Shown here: one piece after another, positions 57,126 to 64,000 of the stretch | Layout of the letters: every line of letters starts with the position of its first letter | Position numbering within the stretch: the first letter of the stretch is position 1 | NCBI GenBank assembly: GCA_030295235.1 | Contig: AP026126.1 | Location: forward strand, 1,054,001-1,118,000 | From: Fistulifera solaris | Taxonomy: Eukaryota | Direction: 5' to 3' | Length of the DNA stretch: 64,000 bases | The notes under the pieces: generated by a model | Seen by the model: only the letters and a program-made list of their open reading frames with translations | The model's database searches: none | Told to the model about the DNA's origin: nothing | Translations under genes and position numbers: made by a program

Positions 57126-58467
57126 ATGACACCCGTAACAATCATTTCGAGTGTACGGAGGAGAGCGCTGCTGCTTTTGCTGGTTACTCAAGCTTGGACC
57201 GCATGTTGCTTGTCCACCATCTCGTTTGAATCCTTACGAGGGAAAAACATTTTGGTCATTGGCGGATCGGGACGTGTCGGCGGCAGCGTTGTCACACAAC
57301 TCATCCAACGTGGCAGTAAAGTGTCCGTAGGAGGCACTAGTAGGGATCATTTCTCGCAAGCACAAGCTCGATGGACACGGATCTTCCCGCAATTTGATTT
57401 TCAGAATATTGCATTTCATAGAGTCGATAGAGAAGTGGCGGACTCTATTACTCCCATCATTCAGAACTATGATCTCGTCATACATACTGCAGGGCCGTTT
57501 CAAGGAAAAGTGAAAACGCCCAATGGCGTCTTGGAAGCTTGCGTCCGTGCTTCAGTGCCCTACGTGGACGTTTGTGATGATTACTGCACGGCTTCGGCGG
57601 CCAAGGCCAAGTACGCAAGTCAAGCCAAAGTGCCTTGCATCGTGTCGACTGGCACATGGCCGGGTGTTTCTTCGCTTCTGGCCAAGCAGCTGGTTCATAA
57701 AGCGCTAGTCAAAGATCCCTCTCTCCGACCGGCTAATTTAAAGGTTGACTTTGGCTTTTTTACGGCTGGCTCCGGCGGGCAGGTGTCACACTTTTAGTAG
57801 CTACCTTTCTGATTTTGGCGGAGAAGGCTTTGACTATCGTAGATGGCAGAAGAATCCCAGTTCCACCTCTCAAAGACTTTGAAAATGTAAATTTTGGAGA
57901 CATTGTTGGTGACCGAGCCATTGCGCCTCTCAACTTGCTCGAAACTGCATCCGTTCATGATTACTTGGGTGTGGGTAGCACATCGGCCAAGTTCGGTACG
58001 GCCCCCTTCCTATTGGAATACACTGCTTGGGTTGTTTGGGTCGATGGTTCCGAAAGAAGTACTGGAGAATGAACCCGTTATGCGGAAACTATCTTTGTTC
58101 AGTATGCCGATCGTTCGTCTCGTGGACTTTTTTCGCGGGAGCGACGAACGCAATTCGCGTCGATTTGAGTGCCAAAGGTCACGGCAAACTGGCGACTGCT
58201 ATTTATGCTCATGAGAACTTGGAACCCTGCGTGGGTGAAAGCATAATAGCTTTCGCTGCCGCGGCCTTGACTGAATCCGCCGTCCCGCCCGGTGTATGGT
58301 TTAGTGAGGAAGCCATAGCAGCCGGTGATGACTGTGCAGCTGTATTGCATTTGGCGAGTGTTGGAGCGCATACGTGTGTCGTGGAAGGTCTCGATTTAAG
58401 TAAAGACGACATATTCGGAAGCTCCACAAAGCAGCGACCAGAAACAAGCAAGTCAGGAAAAAAATAA
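57126..58467 (+). CDS. Saccharopine-dehydrogenase-like NAD(P) oxidoreductase (about 3 apparent frameshifts)
   Basis: ILVIGGSGRVGG Rossmann motif, DLVIHTAGPF, YVDVCDD, STGTWPGVSSLLA, FFTAGSGG, PGVWFSEEA; signal peptide. Confidence 0.85.
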
Positions 58468-58491
58468 ATCTAGAATCAAAGAGAAGAAACT

Positions 58492-60892
58492 TTATTGCAC
58501 TTTGGATTTCAGGCTTTTCACGAGGGCACTTAGAGCTGCTGCCCCGTCGGAAGGTTTCGATGCTGCGATCGCATCATCTGCGCTAACATCCTTTTGAACT
58601 GAGCTTTTCTCGCCTTTTCTCTGTCTCTTTGCCTGGCGCCGGCGGGATTGTTCTGCAAGGATTTCGCGCATCGCCGGCGTTTCTTTGAAATTTGGATCGG
58701 TCCTGTCAATTCCGAAGCGACCGTCCTGCCCATCCAACACTGCTTTGAACCGTTCGTCTTCAACGTCAACCTTGAAGTCAGTTCCCACCGTATTCTTTGC
58801 CCGTAACTCTTCCTTACGCTTGCGAGAGCCTGTAAGCTTTTTGCCTTTATTTCTTTCAAGTCGTTCCAAATCCTTCATATTGTAGTCCTTGTGCTCATCA
58901 TCATCGCCATCACCCACAACCAAAAGCTCCAATTCAGCTTTGGATAGTGTAGGACGCTGTTCATCAACCTTATCACCCGATTCGAAGAAGCTATCACCAC
59001 CTCGACTCGCGGATGTATTGACGACACGATGGCTTTCTTTCAACTCAGCCTTTTTCTCACGTGCAGCTTGACGTCTTTCCCTTTGCTTCTGTTTTCGTTT
59101 TTCTTTGTACTTCTCCCATGGAGTCAGCTCTTCTTTAGGAGTTTCTAGTTTCGATCTGATCTTTTGCTCCAAATCCTCTTTGCCGGGTACAAAGGTAAAC
59201 TCCTTTTCTTGGTCCTCTTCGCTCTCTGACACACTCTCATCAGTCGGTACCGGGGAGTCATGCTCGAGAGCCTCGTCTTCACCAGACGAGTTGTCTGCAC
59301 TCACATTATCATCGTCGCTATCAAGCCCAAGCACTTTCCTCAAATTATCACGTTTTTCATCTGCGTTACCGTCTTCGTCTTCGTCACTGGATGCGTCTGA
59401 TGCCAAATAGGCTTTGATGTCATCGCTCTCAGCCATTGCTTCCCATGCCATCCCAGAAGAATACTTTGTCAATACGCGTTCGCGCTCTTGGTCCCCCGCC
59501 TCCCATGAACACTGAACATTAGTTTGTTGGAGAGCATTCACGATAAATTCAGGCGGAACGTAATTGCTCGGTAGGTTTGTCGCCTCATCTCTCACTGGCC
59601 GATCCTTTACCACATCAGGCAAGCTATCCATTGGAATTGCTCTCATGTCAACCGCAGCGCTCGAATGTTCGAATTCCATTCCATCTATTTCTTTATCTAC
59701 ATCGATTACAATAAAGTGAGAAATATAAAAGAATAAGCGAAAACCGGAGACAAATTATACCAAGTGACTTACATGCTTTGTCCGCATGTTCAGGCGTTGA
59801 AAATTCGACCACAGCAAAGTAGTATTTGAGCTTGGAAGCTTCATAAGCTCTTAGTTTCTCGGGATCAAACTCGGATTGAACAATTTCTTTCCTTGGTCTC
59901 GCGTCCTCTATTAGATCTCCATCGACTGGATCATCGTTCCCGTCTTGCTCCGAAGAATCCATCGAATTAGAATCGCTCCCGCTGTCCTTAGAACCGTCAG
60001 AGTCGCTCTCGTTATGATCGAAATGCTCAGAAGTATCGTGCTCGTTTGTTTGATCGTCAGAGTTACCCGTTTTGCGTTGACCATCATGTTCTGAATGCTT
60101 AACCGATGTTGCAGGCACTATAACTTTTTTCCTTTTCCACAAATCACGAGGACCAAATTGATCTTCTTCCGCTATCCGCTGCATTCCAAAATCACTGGGA
60201 TAAACACGCACCCGCTTTACAGCACCCGTTGGAGTAAAGCTGCTGACAATCGCAAAAACATCAATGGCACGCACGTGTGTCCAATCTAGATTCATCACGG
60301 CCAAGACCGATGATTCTTCATGAGTGATTTCCACTTCTTCCTGATTTTCTGGATCTAAAATACCCGCCGAGCCGTATAGTCGGTCCTCACTTGCATCTCC
60401 AGAAACGTCAGAATCAGAATCACTGTCATCATCTTCTTCATCCTCCGCGTCGTTGTCTGACGAGGAGACATCGATCTGACCTCGCGAAAGGGCAGTCAAG
60501 AAAGCAATGCGAGAAGCAGGATCCTCAATTTTTTTGACGGATTCTCCTTCTTTCGAAGAGCTGGACGAGGAACTGCTTGTCGAGTTATCATCATCGTCAG
60601 CATTCGACCTTTGTTGTTCACGTTTTGCCGACTCCTCTTTCCCCTCGTCGTTGTCTTGTACGACGTAGAATGCACTAAGCTCATCTTTCGTTGATTTCTT
60701 CTCCTTTCGACCATACTTGTCTTTCAGTTGCAATTGAAACCGAGGGTCTGTTAACACTGATGCAAAGCGTTCATCCAAGACAACTTTGGAAGCCTTTTCC
60801 TTGTGCTGACGAAATTGAGGTTTCGACGCGTCGAAGCGATCTTCGGTTTGGTCATCCTTTTTCTCCGCTATCTTTTTGTTGCGTTTCCCCAT
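58492..60892 (-). CDS. ESF1: Pre-rRNA-processing protein ESF1 (NUC153 domain), 2 exons
   Basis: VLDERFASVL, DKYGRK, LAVMNLDWTHVRAID, VYPSDFGMQR, KLRAYE..KLKYYFAV; intron 59772-59697 gives YKEIDGMEFE; DERFKAV..FGIDRTDPNFKET. Confidence 0.95.
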
Positions 60893-61271
60893 CCTCGATA
60901 ACTGCCGAGCAGCGATTTTATAAGATTCTAGGTGCTATAATTGTAATTGAATAGGCAAGATGATTCATCTAATCATCGTCGACAAGGAAAAGAGAAAAAA
61001 GTGAAATTATCCACCCGAGAAAAGTTTGGTTGGTCTCCCAATTACAAGTATACCGATGACGCGGACAGACGTTTGGTGACTGTTTTCCGTCTACTTTTTA
61101 GAGTTTCATACTGGTACTTTGTAATCACGCGCTAGGTTTTAAAAATGGGAGTAATACCAGGTAGAGCATCTCGCCAACACACCTTTGTTCATTACTCCGT
61201 AAAATTAATGATTTGCATTCATATCATTTCGAACAACATAAACTTATTTGCTAAAGAATGAAGCCGTAACC

Positions 61272-62184
61272 TTATAGGTCAGTCCACATCTCGGATGGAG
61301 CAATGTTCGACTTAACTAATGTCAGACCAGCACTGGAAGCCTTAGGGATTCCAAAAACTTCTTCAAGTATCTCGTGCGCTTCCTCCTCGGAACTCAAATG
61401 ACGAATTTCAATGGTGGGCTCCCCAAATTCCGCAAACCGTGGGGGACCAGTGACTTTAAACCGGTTTCCAGCCAAAGTGTATTTCTTATCCCTCGTCAAC
61501 TTTGCCACGATTAACTTTTTTCGAAAAGATACTCTCGGGGTGTAAAACACTCTGCAATCCGGCTTGAAAGTCTGACAACGATGGCGACGGACTTAAGTGC
61601 GATGCCGAATGGCTCCATCGCAGTCTTGGAATCATGCGACCTTCCTTTTCCCAATATAGGTAGACAAAGTCTCCGTCCCGAACTATTTGACTTTTCATGC
61701 CTTCGGGCGTAACCTGTATTTTTGCAAAGAATTCGTCATCGTATCTGAGCGGATGAAGAGAGGGCTCGCCAAAGCCAACATCGACAAAGTAAAGGGACGT
61801 TTTTGTAGTCCCTTCCTCAGTCACCTCAATACATTGAACCACCAAGATAAGGTGAGAAGCTTCTTCTGATTTGGGAGTACCATCCTCGAATAGAACAGTT
61901 CCTGGAACTCGTGTTACTTTGTAACCGATCTCCTCCAACCAGTAGCTCAGCAAGCCATTCAACTCAAAGCAGAAACCGCCTCGTCTGTGCTCCATTAACT
62001 TCGAAACAGTAGCCTCCACGTCAAGACTAGGAAGTTGTAAGCCGACACCGTGCTGAGAGGTGTTCTCGAATGGTATGTTTGCCAAGTGCGCTTCTTGCAC
62101 ACGGCAAAGATTCTCGTACGTCGGAACAGAGAAGTCTAAAGATTGCAGGCCGAGACGAGTCACGTAGAGCGGTGTCAACTTCAT
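61272..62184 (-). CDS. Arylamine N-acetyltransferase family protein (1 apparent frameshift ~61520)
   Basis: HLANIPFEN, RRGGFCFELNGL (catalytic Cys), HLILVV (His), FVDVGFG (Asp). Confidence 0.9.
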
Positions 62185-62569
62185 AGTACTGCGACGAGTT
62201 GAATTCAAAATTGAAATATTTTGTGAGCTTGATTCTTTTCAACCGTCAGGAAGGGAAACGCTCGGCGAACTGTCAGGAAAATCGGAACGAGTTTTTGTGG
62301 GGGGAAGTTCGTGGGCATTCTCAAAGGTTCATGAAGTAAACTACAAAGGGATACTGGTTCATCACTAGGACCTGCAAATCCGTATTTCAGGGCTAGCCGT
62401 ATGTATTGTATTCTTGAGTTCCAACAATGAAGTAGAGTCTAGAGAGTAGATGGATCATACGGAAAAGTCATTATTATGAGTTATGAGTTATTCGTCTATG
62501 AGCTATGGTAGCAAACAATGATACCGGGTTAATGAACCTCAGTTCAGCCGAAAAGAACAAAAGTGTGAT

Positions 62570-63880
62570 CTAGAGTGGCTTGCCCTCAACATTGGCATAT
62601 CGATCGTGAAGTCTTGCTTCGATGGTCCTTAGCAGCACATGATTCATAAGAAGCGGCGTCTCTTCCGAGCTGATTTGTATACTGTCAAGAAGAGGATTCA
62701 AAGACTGAGGCACAGAGTCTTGTCGGACAGAGGCCCGAGAAGAGTCAACTGTAACACGAAGTACATCAAGAATATCCTGCCAGTTCAAAAGCTGACTCGA
62801 ATCAAGTACGCCGTCGCCTTCTCTTTTCTGCCGCACGGACATGGCGATCCTCTGAAATAATGTGTCAATCTGAGAGCGCGCTTCAGTACGAAGAATGGTG
62901 TTAATGTGTTCTCTTTCTTTGACGTCTATAAGCCTCCAAGCACATCCGCATGTTGTACGTTTTCCCAAGAAATGAGCTTCCAGAGAAATAGCCTCCTTAA
63001 AAACAAGCTTGCAGCAAGAGCACTTGAGTGGATCGTCGCCGTTAGACATTTTTATTCCCAAGCGGCTGCATCTGTTTCGTGTCGAAGTAGCAGAGCGAGT
63101 AATATTTTCTGTCAGAAAGTTGGCATGAAAAGATGAAGGAAAAATAGTCGAAGCAGTTGCATGTACAGCCCGCTGCCAAGCACGACTGAGCAACAGCTGA
63201 GGAACGTCGTCAGATAATACGTTGACCATGCCACTCAGTTCTAACGATGACCACATCTGAAGTTCGTCCTTTTGCTTCTTTGTTCTCGGAATAAGCGACG
63301 AAAGACGAAGCGATTCAAAAGCTAGCGGATGTATGCCGTCTCCATGTTCCTTGTCCCATAAAGTGTCATCTGGCAAAAGAACTTTCTTTGACTTGGATGA
63401 CTTTCCGGGTACTTTGGGCCACGGATCATTCTCAAATCCGTACCGCGTAGTGTATAGGCGACAATCTTCTCTATGAAGATGTAGACCATCCGAACTCGCA
63501 GTTTGCGTGGTAGTTCCTCGCGTCACTTTTGTTTTGTTCGTTCCCGTACTAAAATAATCTTGAATGCGCTTATGTTTGGATTTAAAGTCCCAACCAGTAC
63601 GAATGACGTGCTCCAAATCAGCTAGTTGATCAGGTTTTAGGTGAACGGGATGTAAACACACGAGGTCATCGTCCTTTTTTTTGGATTTGTGCTTTCGTGC
63701 CAAGACGGCCATCTTTTTGGGTCTCGGCTGTTGGACCGCATCCGCTTTCACTTTAGACTTTTTCGCCGAAACAGGGGTCATTTCTTTAGGTTTAGGTTTT
63801 CGCGTCAATTTGGTGGTCTTTTTTGGACTTTAGGGTACGCGTGACTGCGTCTGCTGTTTTTGCCTTTCGTTTCCTCCCAT
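62570..63880 (-). CDS. Hypothetical protein with basic N-terminus and a C2H2-like finger; start uncertain
   Basis: 412-aa ORF; CSCCKLVFKEAISLEAHF; probable MGRKRKAK start at 63880 if one G is missing. Confidence 0.65.
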
Positions 63881-64000
63881 ATGGGACCTTAAACGGTTTC
63901 AGGTCTCTCGAAGGTATCGACAATCCAGGGAGATTGAGAGTGCTGGGTTGTTGATCAGCATCGAGAGCACTAGTTTGTGCATTAGGATCACGGGTCCCAG

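Noticed and set aside
16980..60892. Apparent functional cluster of RNA-processing genes (rbfA, SpoU, TRM11, DTW, ESF1) and two proteasome subunits
   Set aside because: They are interspersed with unrelated genes, in mixed orientations and different compartments, which is consistent with chance.
4616..61273. Scattered TAACCTTA/TAAGGTTA words (e.g. ~4616, 9075, 19042, 27623, 56954, 61267) as telomeric seeds
   Set aside because: Single, non-tandem AT-rich 8-mers that differ from TTAGGG arrays; significance cannot be established by eye.
2550..61530. Frameshifts in about 18 genes, read as programmed frameshifting, RNA editing or mass pseudogenisation
   Set aside because: The breaks I resolved mostly lie in homopolymer runs, are fixed by a single base, and hit conserved housekeeping genes (ORC5, TRM11, NUFIP1). 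This is typical of unpolished long-read consensus error; short-read polishing would confirm.
243..63136. Numerous 60-170 aa antisense or alternative-frame ORFs in the track
   Set aside because: They are shadows of the real genes, with no independent motifs.

Overview
Gene-dense eukaryotic nuclear DNA, most likely a pennate diatom. This is inferred from bipartite signal+transit peptides ending in AF/SF-type motifs, short 70-115 nt GT-AG introns and very short intergenic gaps. About 37 protein-coding genes are supported. Recognisable ones include NUFIP1/Rsa1, a BRUTUS-like hemerythrin, two GILT thiol reductases, a 6-exon MsrB-like gene missed by the ORF track, PAT1, a Popeye/cNMP protein, a plastid-targeted NarL/Ycf29-like response regulator, bestrophin, RbfA, proteasome beta5, a signal-peptide-bearing alpha2, acyltransferase-3, ABC1 kinase, SpoU, TRM11, ORC5, a ferredoxin-domain protein, PAP2, a BioD/AAA_26-like ATPase, DTW, RWDD2/3, DUF1995, a saccharopine-dehydrogenase-like enzyme, ESF1 and arylamine N-acetyltransferase. 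Many genes are split by apparent 1-nt indels, mostly in homopolymer runs, most likely long-read assembly errors. Three non-coding structures stand out: (i) an 895-bp element with perfect 43-bp terminal inverted repeats, a 7-bp target duplication and a spliced 138-aa ORF; (ii) a ~335-bp array of ~34-bp hairpin-core repeats closed by an inverted copy; (iii) a dyad motif TCAYGACTG-N4-6-CAGTCRTGR recurring about 10 times, only in intergenic DNA. Notable protein architectures are a FAIM-like/UIM/clathrin-box/DPW/NPF epsin analogue, a BRUTUS homologue lacking its E3-ligase half, and a coiled-coil fibre-like protein next to the transposon. All family calls come from manual motif recognition, not database searches.
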